From Eledone cirrhosa (Eukaryota): a stretch of DNA of 64,000 bases. This document shows, one piece after another, positions 40,648 to 53,888 of the stretch. The translations under genes were made by a program, and so were the position numbers. Each line of letters starts with the position of its first letter. The first letter of the stretch is position 1. The stretch covers positions 81,158,001 through 81,222,000 of the forward strand of contig OZ024740.1 of NCBI GenBank assembly GCA_964016885.1. Direction: 5' to 3'. The notes under the pieces were generated by a model. That model was not told the DNA's origin. It made no database searches and saw nothing but the letters and a program-made list of their open reading frames with translations.

Positions 40648-41815
40648 ACAAGCCGAATTACCCGCGCCTGCTGCGATTCACACAGTGTCTTTGTAAGAAA
40701 GTGATGATTGATTTTAAATCAGTGATATAGTTCTGCATTTCAGTATTACTCAATATAAAATGTAATGCATGAAAAATTGGAAACCATTATTTTTTGTAAT
40801 ATACGATCTGATTTCAAATCCCGCCGAGGTTAACTTTGCCTTTCATCTTTACGGGGTCGATAAAATAAAGTACCAGTAATGTACTGGCTAATTGGTGGCC
40901 TTGTGCCAAAAGTAGAAACAATTATTTTTTGTAATATATCAAATCAAAATTACATTATTAAATATTATTCTTATTTTGTTTCTTGTAAATAATGTTTTTC
41001 AAATTATCAATTCAAAACTTGATCATTTCATTTTTGTGTAAAGCATTATTTTCAAATAGGAAATTCAGAGCTTAATTATTTACTTTTTAACATAATACAT
41101 GAAAATATATTTAATACTTTGTCCTAATGAAGAACTTCAGGGTAAACAACATTTTTTTCATTTCTTTGATTGGCTAAAATGTAGAGATTTTTGAAGTTCC
41201 AGTCCTTGAAGCAGCCACATAAAACATGCCATGACTGAAACGTGAGTTTGTCAGATCTATACCAATAGTTTTTAAAGTTAGACCTTGACTCTTATTGATG
41301 CTCATGGCAAAGCATGGCCTTACTGAGAACTGCAGCCTCTTAAATGTAAAAGGCAACTTGCTATCACTTGGTATAAGTGGAATCCTCGGAATGAGAAGAG
41401 CTTGACCTTTGTAAGCCCCGAATATAATGGTACTTCAATCAAGTTCAACACATCACATCTTGTTACAACACATCTTGTTCCATTTATTGGCCAACATTTT
41501 CACTATAGGGAGCTTAACCCCCATTAGGGTGTCTTAATATTATTGTAATTTGCTGAAAATGTGTGAATACGCATCATATCTGGTCATTTAAATAAATTTC
41601 ATATAAATTGAAGGGAAAACGTTTCGGAAAAGATTTCAGCGGGGGTTTGTGCCACCATGGAACCATTTGATTAAACTGAAATATACTTATCCAAGTACCC
41701 CGGGCAATATAGTTTCAGAATATATATGGTTATGGGGGTCTATCCCCAAAACCTTAGGAGGAGTTCATGAACAATCAAACAGGCAACAGACAGGAACTGC
41801 AACGTTATATATACT
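40648..41815 (-). mobile_element. Helitron deletion derivative retaining a Pif1-like helicase C-terminal fragment
   Basis: 3' end gcagcaggcgcgggtaattcggcttg; peptide IPRIPLIPSD..LPFTFKRLQFSVRPCFAMSINKSQGLTL..FSHGMFYVAASR at 41174-41400; both ends shared with 52722-53347. Confidence 0.85.
40808..40925 (+). mobile_element. SINE family A, partial, nested in the Helitron
   Basis: B-box-like motif, core and tail. Confidence 0.8.
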
Positions 41816-42289
41816 AGCAAAAAACCGCTTACGTGCGGTATTCTTATTCTTATCTCTTATTTCTGAGAGAGTCGTGGGGACAGAGTCCTTCTCAAACACT
41901 CCTTCCAGCGAGTCTGTCAGAAACAAACACCTCTAACTGATGCAGCTGGATCCCAAAGCGTGACCAGCCAAGCTCATGGATGTTATCCAACTATCTTTCT
42001 CATGGTCTACTTCTGGGTCTCTTGACGGTTTGTTTTGCCTGTAAAATGTGTCCAGTGATTCTTTACTGAGACATTCTAACCACATGCCCATAATATCGAA
42101 GTTGTGATCTCTCAATTCGGAGAAGTAGCGGCTCTACCAGAAGTGACTCTCTGGTCTCTGAGCTAAGCATTTTATCGAGTAACGTTAATCACAAACCCTT
42201 CGTAGTTATCCCATTTCTGCCACTTTTAATTGTAATTGTATTCTTTTGGTCATTACTCAAGATTCATGATCCTCAGTAAGAGTTGGCAG

Positions 42290-42500
42290 GAATACCAGGA
42301 AGACAGCGAGTTTGGCTTTTAAACCTACCCCCTTCTTCTGATTGCTGAATGCTGAGGCCTGCACATTACTGCATCAGCTTTTGCAATTTTTGCACTTAAT
42401 TCAGCCTCATGCATTCCATCGTTGATGAACACAGCTCCAAGATACTTGAACTTATATAACTGATTCAGTAGAACTCCGTTCACGTGTATATAAATATGAG
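42290..42500 (-). mobile_element. LINE RT fragment
   Basis: IHVNGVLLNQLYKFKYLGAVFINDG. Confidence 0.65.
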
Positions 42501-42639
42501 GGACTTCTGTCCACCCGTCCATCACACAATGTGTATGCGTGTTTGTGTGAATGTATGTGTGTGTAAAAGGAAGGAAAGTGACACACATATATGTCTCTAA
42601 CTTTAAAACAGTGACACACACATACACGTCTCTAATTTA

Positions 42640-43365
42640 AGAACACCGACAAACTCGCGCGTGCACATAAACACACTGTCCTATTACTACTCAAGAGCTT
42701 TGGCCCGGCAAACATCTTCTCAATGTTGGAATCGTCTGGGTTGTCCAACATTGATAGGAAAAGACTTGACGGTCTTACTCTGTGCTCCTGGTCAAGAGGT
42801 AGGTGCATTATCTGGGACGTCACACTTAGTGACTCTTTTGCTTCTTCCCACATCCTGGATGTAGTGGTAAGGGCGAAAGCTACAGCATCCGCAGCTGAAC
42901 GGAACAAAATCCTAAAGTACCGTGTTCTGTCAGCTAATTACATTATCCGGCCTATGGCGTTCGAAACGTTTGGGGAAGTCGGGCTACTGACAGCGGGGTT
43001 CTTATCTTCACTGGCGGCTCACCAAACAGAGGTAACTGGTGATGCTCGTGAGGGCACTTGGTTGTTTCAGCACCTCTGCCTCGCCATTACCCCTGGTAAC
43101 GCTGCAAACGTGATGGCTTACCTAAACAATTATTAGAGAGGTTTCCCAGTGATTCTCGCTACATTGCTATATTTTGCTCTGGTAGCGTCTCGTTTTCCCC
43201 TTCTTTCGCCTGCATATTGTTCTATGGGGTCTAAGACGTGCTTGTGTATTTTTTCTCTTTCTTTTTTTTCCTTTCCTTTTTCTTTGTATATATTATATTT
43301 GTTAGTGTTTTCGTTCCGTAATCATTATATTAATTTTTTATACAAATGAGTTTTTAAAAAAAAAG
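42640..43365 (+). mobile_element. 3' end of a CRE-like non-LTR element (restriction-like endonuclease)
   Basis: KRLDGLTL..W..GRCIIWDVT, AERNKILKY, PMAFETFG; T-rich 3' UTR and A tail near 43356. Confidence 0.75.
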
Positions 43366-43384
43366 AGTTAAAATGTGTTGTTGA

Positions 43385-43876
43385 TCACATTGATCACCTT
43401 GACCGATCAGTCTGTCGGGCCTCCATTCAGCGCCGCTGGTCACAGCACGCCGTCCACTTCTCTTTGGATCGTGCTTTCCTCATCCATGTAGTCCCAATCA
43501 TATTCCTAAAATCGTAACTCCACGTTCGTGGAGGCCTTCCGAATGGTCGTTTCCGCTCGCGCGGGTACCACTCGGCAACTGCGCGGGTCCAACGATTATC
43601 GGTGAACCGAGTGACGTGTCCAGCCCATCTGAACTTGCTGCGCATATATTACGTGATGACGTCCCTCGTGCGGGACTTCTGTCTGATGACTTCGCACCTG
43701 ATGTGCCCTTTCACCGAGATTCCTAGCATTGATCTCTCAACAGGTCCAATGGTGGTTGGCGGTGATGGAATAGAGGAGGTGGAGGAATACGTCTACCTGG
43801 GACAAGAAGTGAACATGCGCCGAGACATTGAGAAGGAGATCTCGCGGAGAGTAAGGGCCAGATGGAAGGCGTTCAA
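43385..43876. mobile_element. Inverted (twin-primed) RTE fragment
   Basis: Minus: KFRWAGHVTRFTDNRWT..WYPRERKRPFGRPP; plus: IEEVEEYVYLGQ; strand switch near 43740. Confidence 0.8.
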
Positions 43877-44184
43877 ATGGTGGCTTTCACTTAATAATTC
43901 TTGCGGAACAGATTTTAGATCTGTCCGGGTATCGAAGGCAGTTGTCCGATAAAGGTTTGTTATTTTTATTGATTTATTACTTTAAATTGAGACAGGCAAA
44001 CCATATTGTTTTAGTTAGTATTTTTTCAACCTAGCTAACTTGGTCATTTGCAATTCGAACAAGCTTATACTTGTATCGATGTTCATCCCTCTCATATATT
44101 GAATTGTATTACACGGCTCGGAAAGATTCCCCTCCTTGAGCTATTTAATTGTAAAAGACTATTTTGAGTTTCTAACTCAATCTA

Positions 44185-44235
<51 letters not shown>

Positions 44236-44238
<3 letters not shown>

Positions 44239-45307
44239 TATATAATATTTTGAGAATAAGCTCTCAGTCCTTTACAATAATTAAGCTCCAAGAAAGGGGC
44301 ATTTCCGAGCAGTTAAATACATTAAAATATATGATAAACACAAAACGTGTTTGCATTGCAACAGACAGTCAGCTATTAATGAAATAAACTAATTAAAGTA
44401 AATACAATTTGTCTGTCTCGATATAAGTCAATAAAGACAAGCTTATATTGGCAAAGGCCATGATTCCTGGACAGATTTAAATTTCAAAATCCAAACCTGT
44501 TCTGTAGACGAATTTGAACCTCGAAACCCAAATCCGTTTCGCAATGGTGGTATGTGAATTTAAAAAATAAAGAGAATCGAAATGGAATTGAAATAAAAAG
44601 TGAAATATCCAAATCTTCTGTGCATATCAACAGGAATCCAGTAGAAATTAGTACATCTCACATCAAAAAATTTTGCAAGTCTGACTACACGTGTATAGCC
44701 AGACCAAACTAGCCGTCCCGCATTAACGGTGCTAGAAATAACAGCCATATAAGCGGGATTAAAGATCAGCTCTAACATTTAAGGAGCAATATACTATATA
44801 ATATTTTGAGAATAAGCTCTCAGTCCTTTACAATAATTAAGCTCCAGGAAAGGGGCATTTCCGAGCAGTTAAATACATTAAAATATATGATAAACACAAA
44901 ACGTGTTTGCATTGCAACAGACAGTCAGCTATTAATGAAATAAACTATTTAAAGTAAATACAATTTGTCTGTCTCGATATAATTTCTACTGGATTCCTGT
45001 TGATATGCACAGAAGATTTGGATATTTCACTTTTTATTTCAATTCCATTTCGATTCTCTTTATTTTTTAAATTCACATACCACCATTGCGAAACGGATTT
45101 GGGTTTCGAGGTTCAAATTCGTCTACAGAACAGGTTTGGATTTTGAAATTTAAATCTGTCCAGGAATCATGGCCTTTGCCAATATAAGCTTGTCTTTATT
45201 GACTTATATCGAGACAGACAAATTGTATTTACTTTAATTAGTTTATTTCATTAATAGCTGACTATCTGTTGCAATGCAAACACGTTTTGTGTTTATCATA
45301 TATTTTA

Positions 45308-45313
<6 letters not shown>
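44236..45313. mobile_element. Non-coding 556-bp unit, partly tandem then inverted, inserted in (TA)n
   Basis: 44236 repeats at 44792; 44980-45313 is the reverse complement of about 44317-44650. Confidence 0.85.
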
Positions 45314-45341
<28 letters not shown>

Positions 45342-46842
45342 ACTTTGCATTGCAGTAAAGAGTGATACAATATATTCGCGTCTCCACAGAAACACATCTT
45401 TTCTGTCTTAGTTCAAGAATCAAAGAAATGTGTGCTATTTATATACTGTTATTTACTCTATCGATTCTAACTTTTCTCTCCTCCTTGGCTTTTCTATTTT
45501 CTTTTGTTTTCGTTATGTCGAATTAAATGATTTACAACTGAAAATATACCTGTAATAAACTTTGATTAATACCCTCTGGCTTTCGAAATTCATAAGTAAA
45601 AGAAGAAATCTATTTATTTTACACAGAAGCCAATTAAATGTCTGGGGGGATTTATCTACAGAGATGCTGCAAATATCAGAATATTGAAAGATACGAATAG
45701 AAAATATTAGTTTAGAGAAAAGCAGCTTTCTTTTGAACTGAGTGAAAGCATAGATCAGTAAACAGCTGTACAAATATTATGGCATTTCTTGTGTATTTGT
45801 TATCCATACAAAACACAGGAAATGTATACCTCTATAAAATACATTCACAAGAGTAATTAAATAAGAATGAAATGATATTTGTCAATCAGTAATAGTGTTT
45901 TCATTTGTTTGTTTTGTTTTCCGATTATCAAGTATTTTTCCGCTTCAGTTTATTTAGTATTTTGTCTAATTCCATCTGTAAATATTTCCTTACCACATTG
46001 TTATTTCTCAATAAAATCCTCTCAAGCGTTTTCCTATGATTATATTGTTGTTCATCCGCATGACTAATACAAATTTAAGATCTTCAGTCGTCGAGTTATA
46101 GTCCCTGATGTAATACTGCAGCCACTATTTGTTCGTCTATGAGTTGGTCAGCCATTTACCAATATTTTGGTCTGGTGTCCAACAACAAATTTGATAAAAA
46201 TAGTAAAGACAGATTTCTTCTATTACACAAACTTATATATCTTCTCCTCTCGCTGAAACAATAAAGCATGACATAGTACTTTAGAAAACTATTCCACATA
46301 CTTCAGGCTGTTTATCTGATACATAGTTAATTTTCACAACTTTACAAAAAGCATAAATGTTATAAAATGTCCACAAAATAAAACTTTCTAGCTCCAAGAA
46401 GAAACACGATAAGAAACTCAATTCCACGTATTTTATAAGAATATAGGAGTCATCTTCGTCTAATTCTATAATATAATAGGATAAATTATTGATTTGTACC
46501 AAACCTAGGTAATCTGTACGAAGAAATAGGAAGTAAATAAACTCAGTATATATTTATTACATATTACATCAAAGACAAAAGTATTCTAGAACTCCGACCC
46601 TTATATGTTTCATGGTTCATGCCTCAAAATTGCTTTGGACACCTGAAAGTTTGTTGTCTATTCTTACCGATTATAATACCACGTGATTTGAAAGTTATAT
46701 GTATTAAATAATTACAAAATATACTTTAAAATTTAGACAATATTGAGTGTCAAACAGGGAGGAGGTTTGTCTGAAATTTGGGAAGTTCACCCTAAATCTC
46801 TGAGTGTGCGTTGTCTCTCGTATCCGCAAATATAATTCCAAA

Positions 46843-47032
46843 CGATGGATTGGCAGTATCGGTAGAAAGTCGGACGCCATGCTTTGCAGCATAGAGTTAC
46901 GGCCCTTTATGATCTGAGTTCAAATCCCACCGAGGTTAACTTTGCCTTTCCTCCTTACGGGGTCGATAAAATAAAGTACCAGTAATGCACTGGGATAACT
47001 GCTGGCCTTGTGCCAAAAGTAGAAACAATTAT
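46843..47032 (+). mobile_element. SINE family A
   Basis: Head, core and tail present. Confidence 0.85.
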
Positions 47033-48202
47033 TTTATATATACTGATATAGTCAGTATCTATATTAACCTAAATTTCTATTTACTTCTATTTATTCATAC
47101 GAAAATAAGTTTCTTTTGTATAATGGGTGGTATCAAGTAGAGTGTAAGCCTCAATTGTCAAATTGAAGTGATTTCTGTGTTTGATGTTCACATGCAAAAT
47201 GTGAAGATTTACGACGACAGAAAATGATGGTCCATGAGAGAATTTTGTTCGGTTTAGATCCAGGATTTGAAAAACATTATGCCTATCTTAGAATAGATTG
47301 TGATGTAGTGAAGAATAAGTAAATGAAGCATGCCAATACAAGTGAGCACAGGTCACTTTAGCAAAAATAGGAGTGTAAAAAGAAGGAAAATAAAAAAATT
47401 ATGTGAGCAAGGTTTGAAATATGTTTTTGAGTCAAAGATTGCCAATTAATTGTAATGCCTTTTTTCAATATTGTATCTTAGAATGTGATTTTTTTGTTGT
47501 AGATACATCAAAAACGTGAGCAGTATTCCAATGAGCGACTTATTGCTTTTGGGGAAATTATTGAAATGCGAAAAAACCAGTCGCTGTCGCATACACAAAC
47601 ACACACAAACACTCAGACACAGATACACACGCACACACACACATACAAACATATATATATATATATATATACATACACACGCAGGCTCACGCACGCACAC
47701 ACACACACATCTAATTATATATGTGGACATATGTTGTTATATATAAGAACTTAAAAATCATAAATGATACAACTCCAAATACAAATATAGAAGAAAAAGA
47801 ACTACGGACCGCATGCTGATCAAAAAAGAATACTATTCATTAAGCTATGAGAAGTTTTCCATATTCTGCTACGAATAAAGTACATTTTCTGTTCCACTCT
47901 AATACTAGCACGTTGTTAGATTTCATACAATATTATAATTAGGATTTGTAATTGTATATCTTTGAATGCGGTGAGAAAAATATTTAAGTTATATATTGAT
48001 TTTTAAAAATCAACATTTCAGGAAGGAAATATATAGTAAACGTTTGATTTCTTACACAAAAATCGCAATTAAATTATTTCTTCTTTCGTATTTCAAATAC
48101 TTTAGAATATTTTCTGGAATGTTAATAAAGCGTCTTGAATATTATATAAATTTTGGTCACGTTTTACAGTGTTTTACACAAAAGCATATTGATGATTATT
48201 AT

Positions 48203-48543
48203 CTTTACGGTCTGAGTTCAAATCCCGCCAAGGTTAACTTTGCCTTTTATCCTTACGGGGTCGATAAAATAAAGTACCAGTAATGTACTGCGTATTGATG
48301 GCCTTGGGCCAAAAGTATAAACAATTATATTAGAAGACAGAGGGCGGTGGATTGGCAGTATCGGTAGAGGGTCGGACGCCATGCTTTCCAGCATAGTTAC
48401 GTCCCTTTACGATCTGAGTTCAAATCCCGCCGAGGTTGACTTTGCCTTTCATCCTTACGGCGTCGATAAAATAAAAGTACCAGTAATGCACTGGGTAATT
48501 GCTGGCCTTGTGCCTAAAGTAGAAACAATTATATTAGAAGACA
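48203..48543 (+). mobile_element. Two tandem SINE family A copies
   Basis: Partial 48203-48328 and full 48341-48532, both followed by attatattagaagaca. Confidence 0.85.
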
Positions 48544-49688
48544 ATTTAGAATGTTTCAGTAGAAATTAATCTACATTTCCAGATGAAAATTATGATGAAT
48601 GCTAGGCCTTGAAAGATAATGAATCATAGCAATGACGCAGTGTAACCCGCAACAGAAGGCTTCTTATATTTAATCAAATATTTTAAATAATCAATCAATT
48701 TAAAAAATCAAATATTTTAAATATTTTAAAAAACAAAACTAACAAACGTTTGAGTTATTAGTTTAGCGTAGAACAAAGTTTTAAATTAAATATCATCACA
48801 TATTTTCATTATCTTACAACTAAACTGAAATATAAATTTAAATCTGAATTAAATTCGAAATTATTATGCATAGTGGAGTCTTCAGATAATTTCAGTAAAA
48901 CTATGAACTGCTCGTTCAGGATATACACTAAATCGGTATTGATATGTAGTCATTCATATAAATATAGCTAGACATACGTAACCTATTTTCTGTTAAACAA
49001 TATTGTCTTATAACATGTAAATTCTAAGAATATTTGTTAAAAATCTCTTGCAACAATAACTGTTTGATTTAATTATACATTTTTTCATATAGTTTTAATT
49101 TTTAATCTTCCATATATTTCAAAATGCCTCTTTGCAAGTTCATAAATGTACGAGTGGTTAATATAATGACGAAATACATTAGAGTGCAGTAAGTATTTCT
49201 AAAGAAGTATTCCCACAGAGCATTGTGCAATATGAAGGTAAACTATGTCACAAGTACAGTGGATATTAATACTCCCGATGAATAGAAATCATGATTACAA
49301 TTGACAACACTTACATTCAATCTACAACCCTTCATATTATTATTTTCTAAAATATATTATGAACAATTTGCTGATTTCTTGTTGTTTAGAGATAGCGTAA
49401 CGTAAGAAATATATGTTTAATTGATAAAAGCGTTTGATAGCAACAGAATCATTTTCGAATGGAAGACCGTTAAAATCGCATATCGAAACTGCATGATATT
49501 TTACCGTAAGTAGTTTGAAGAATGTATTTCTTCATATATTGTGTATGAAATTTAAACACATTATCGTTTAGCACCTGTTAGATGTTTAACTTGTTTTTGC
49601 AAAAACCATAGTGGTATTAGGGCTTGCTTCTTTTAAGCTAAGTCTCTAATGAATCAAATTGGAAATGCATATACATGTAGAAACATGC

Positions 49689-50260
49689 AATCAGGTCGAA
49701 AGTAGTCATTAATAAATTTTAATGTCTATCAATTAATGTGTTAGACAATATAGTTTATTGTATGTTATCGCATATAATGGTAATTTAGTAAAGTGATATT
49801 CATTAACATCTGAGTTTCCTCCGTCAGAGAAATCCCCTTCCAACGCACTCAAAATCCAGTAAAGCAAATACGTTCAAATTTGGCATGAAAGATCCATAGA
49901 CTCAGCTATAGGTCGTTAAGGGCTACTATAAGCGTCCGTAGGTTTGAGACGCCAAGTAACATGTCTTATGATGTCTCAAACACTACGCAATGCAGTTAAT
50001 GACGCAGTCAATTTCCAATCAATATATTACGTGGTTAATTTACTATGAGTGTGTCTGAGTTTCCTCCTTCACAGGAAGGCCCTTCTTTAATCAAACAGGA
50101 AATGTATATCTTGTAAATACATATACAAGAAGGAGCATGGAATCAGGTCGTAAGTAGTCACTAATAAATGTTAACGTCTAGCAATTAAAGTGTTAGAGAA
50201 AATAGTTTAATGTATGTTATCGTATATAATGTCAATTTCGTAAAGTGATATTCATTAACA
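49689..50260 (+). repeat. Diverged local direct duplication (about 120 bp, about 450-bp spacing)
   Basis: aatcaggtcg...gtaaagtgatattcattaacat at 49689-49809 and 50141-50260. Confidence 0.7.
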
Positions 50261-50855
50261 TTTAGCCGCAATAAGATTATTAATTTGGTTAGAGCTACCT
50301 TATGGAATTTGTAAAGAAAAGGTAATAATAATAAATGAAGAGTAATGGAAAATATGAAACATAGGCATACGATTAGGACGTTCGCTTCGTTGCTTCTACT
50401 TTAATCAATATACGATCACACTTTGTGAAATTGTTCCCCAGAGTAGCATTCGATCATTCATTAATTATATGACAATGGACATACATAGTTTTATAAGTCC
50501 GTAATAGCACGTGTCTTAATATAAGAGCCGGTCTTTTAAATCACTGTCTCCACGCTGCGAAGTAACTGTTACGTAACTGGTGAGACCTGTTATAAACATA
50601 AATCTAACAAGGAATGAACTAACTCAAACTAACATTTTCCCCTCAGCAAAAGTCTAATTCGAGTTGACTCCCGAGTCTGTCTCGCACAACCCGGTCAGCT
50701 CATATAAATTGCCGTTCTCCCTGCAGCCTTTCACGGACTGAAAATCAGTTCGGTGAAACGCGCGTCCTCATGTATAGTTTGATAGTTTGTTGTAGAACTA
50801 ACTCTCTCTTCTCTCTCACTCTCTCTCTTCTCTCTTTCCCTTCTGTCTCTCTCTC

Positions 50856-50922
<67 letters not shown>

Positions 50923-51053
50923 TTTCTTTTTTTCCATATTTTCTATCCATAATATCTCTGTCTGATTAACGATCCAGACGTATATTAATATTGTTTAGGA
51001 CCCAGACACCTTTGGTAATCGAGTAGTTATAGTTTGTGTTGTTCACTTTCTTT

Positions 51054-51087
<34 letters not shown>

Positions 51088-51089
<2 letters not shown>

Positions 51090-52075
51090 CCATTTTCAAG
51101 GCCCTGTATGAAAGCTCCAGCTGCTGCGTGCTGACTGTGTGCGGTGTGACGGAGTTCTTTGACATTGTCTCCAGAGTCAGACAGGGTTGCATTTTCTCTC
51201 CACTGTTGTTCCTGCTGGCAGCCGATTTCGTACTAAGGCGAATGGATGAATGACCCGGTCGAGGAATCCCATGGAGAGAGCAGTCGAGGCTGAGGGACCC
51301 GACATTCGCCGACGACATCATTTTGATCGCTGAAAACAGTGCAGATCGGCAGGCCTTAACAACATCCCTACAAGAGAGTGCGGAAAAGATCGGCCTTGGA
51401 ATCAACACCAAAAAGACCAAGGTCATGAGAACGGCCAGCAAACACAGGTCCAGTGATCAGAGTCAACCAACAGGACCTCGAGGAAGTCGATCACTTCACC
51501 TATCTGGGCAGCATCCTGACAAGCATCGGCAACGCGGAGCTCGGCATCAACTGTCTTATCGGCAAAGGAGCCGCAGTTTTCCAGCAGCTGTGCCCAGTCT
51601 GGTCGTCTTCATTCATTAGCGCCAAGACAATCTGCTCCTGTACAAGAGCATCGTGCTGCCAACAGTACTTTATGCGAGCGAGACCTGGAAGAGTACAGAA
51701 AAATAGAGAGACCAGCGGTGCCTGCGAAAGATCCTTCATGTGTCCTGGCGCGACGGAGTGCCAAACGAGGAGATCCTGCGGAGATCCGAGTCGTGGACGC
51801 TACAGAGGGTGGTCACGGAGCGTCGGTGCCGTCTGGCTGGCCATATTCTGCGTCTGCCAAATGAAAGGCATTCGAAAACAGTGATGAACTGGACTCCGCC
51901 TGGCGGTAAACGGAGGCGGGGTTGCCCAAGGATCACCTGGCGACAAACGTTTCGGAAGGACGTGATGACAGTCAACATCACCTGGCACAGTCTCGAAAAA
52001 GTTGCCGCTGATCGTAACCGTTGGCGAGTACTTACTGCTCGATGCACCGAACGGCGCGGAAGAATCTAGGATAAG
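51088..52075 (+). mobile_element. 5'-truncated RTE-like LINE
   Basis: VRQGCIFSPLLF, FADDI, FTYLGS, LAGHILR..WTPPGGKRRRG. Confidence 0.9.
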
Positions 52076-52579
52076 ATATCTAAATGTATGTATAGTATAT
52101 TTGGCATAATACCGTGTGTTTAATTAAAAACATTTTGAAGACCACACGCTATCGGTTTTAAAGTAGTGACTATGTCACTTACTTCTTTTCGGTGAAGGAA
52201 GGGAGAGATGCTAACAGTCTGTTTCAAGTTGTTTGGCAATCATCAGAGCCATGCACTCCCTGCTTCAGCCGAAAATTATAGAGGCTCGATTCTTATAGAA
52301 TTCCAGTAGTAATCAGTAGCTGATTATACAGTGCGATTGCCGGTCCAGCAAAAAAATAGGTGTTAGGATTGGTGTTCTGAGTGCGTGGCTCTGAGGATCG
52401 CCAAACAGCGTGAACCAGACTTCTCTCCCTTCTTTCGGCGAAAACATGTAAGTGACATAATCACTTCTTTAAAACGGATAGCGTATGGTCTTCAAAATGT
52501 TTTTAATTAAGCATACGGTATATTGCCAAATATAATATACATACATTCATGTATACATCGCTATTTCAGAGCACCAATC

Positions 52580-52585
<6 letters not shown>
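52076..52585. mobile_element. Family B pLTR-like fold-back repeat with degenerate hammerheads
   Basis: Paralog of 30965-31415; minus 52208-52250 ggct CTGATGA..GAAA cagactg TT agc; plus 52387-52430 ggct CTGAGGA..GAAC. Confidence 0.7.
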
Positions 52586-52624
<39 letters not shown>

Positions 52625-52672
52625 CGCATATATATATATGTATAACGCAGCAGGGCGCGGGTAATTCGGCTA

Positions 52673-52721
<49 letters not shown>

Positions 52722-53347
52722 CTAGCCGAATTACCCGCGCCTTGCTGCGTTATACACATTTTTTTTGTAAGAGAATGATGATTGATTTTAAATCAGGATA
52801 TAATTTATGGAGACAAAATAAAGGGAGAGTGTTAAAAAAGTAGAGGCAGTAATTAATAATTTTTGTTGTCATAATTCTTGTGATGTTTTTCCTTAGATAA
52901 CATGTCTAAATTACCCAAAATTTAATATAAAAGAGATGTGCTTTTGTTGTTTATATACGTTTAATTAATAGAAAAACCACGTGATAATAGAGTTTCCAAT
53001 ACTCAAGTTATGGGCTTCAAAAAGTTTCACTATAGGAGGTTTAACTTCCATTGGGGTATCTTATTATTATTGAAATTTGTTGAAAATTTGTGAATTCGCA
53101 TCACATCTTATCATTTCCCTACGGTTCAAATTTCATATAAATCGAACGGAAAACATTTTCAGCGGGGATTAGTGCACCCGGGGGCCCCCGGGGAACACTT
53201 TGATTAAAATGAAATATACTTATCCAAGTACCTTGGGCAATGCAGTTTCAGAATATATATAGTTATGGGAGTCTATCTCCAAAACCATAGGAGGACTTTG
53301 TGAACAAACAAACAAACAGAGAGGACCTACAACTTTATATACATAGA
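52722..53347 (-). mobile_element. Non-autonomous Helitron
   Basis: 5' TCTATG at 53347; 3' cgcagcaaggcgcgggtaattcggCTAG at 52722; an extra inverted 3' end at 52645-52673. Confidence 0.85.
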
Positions 53348-53888
53348 TATATATAGCAAAATATTGAAGTGTTTCTGTGAACATAAGTTGCTTTCAATGA
53401 CTTCAAATGTTAATATTTTAATATTTTAATTCGGGACGTGCATTTCATGCAACATAAATTATAACAAAAATGGTACGGAAAATATGTGAATTGTAGACAA
53501 AATAAGTCATTCTTAAAGAAACAATATGAAACAATTTAATGGCGTATAGTTATTGATGCTGTTTCTCCTCTTTGGCTAATTGAATATATCAAGGTGTTTT
53601 TATATTCGAGGATGGTGATACAAATATTTGCTGCATGTTGTAATAGAAATGTTAATCCTTTCTACTATTGTTTTCTAACTCAGAATTAGAAATGATAAAA
53701 TAAATGTGAGACTATAGAACATATATATATTATGCATAACGTAATGAAATCCAAACATATATATATTTTGCATAACGTAATGAAATCCAAAAATGAAATA
53801 TATTTGCACAGAAAGCTCTGTGGAATAAATTCAATTTCTTAAATTATAACTAATTTACAACTTAACTAATCATTGTTCTTATAATTTA

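Noticed and set aside
44705-44780. Pistol ribozyme call
   Set aside because: Lacks the conserved GCG and a P2 partner strand; kept only as an unassigned structure
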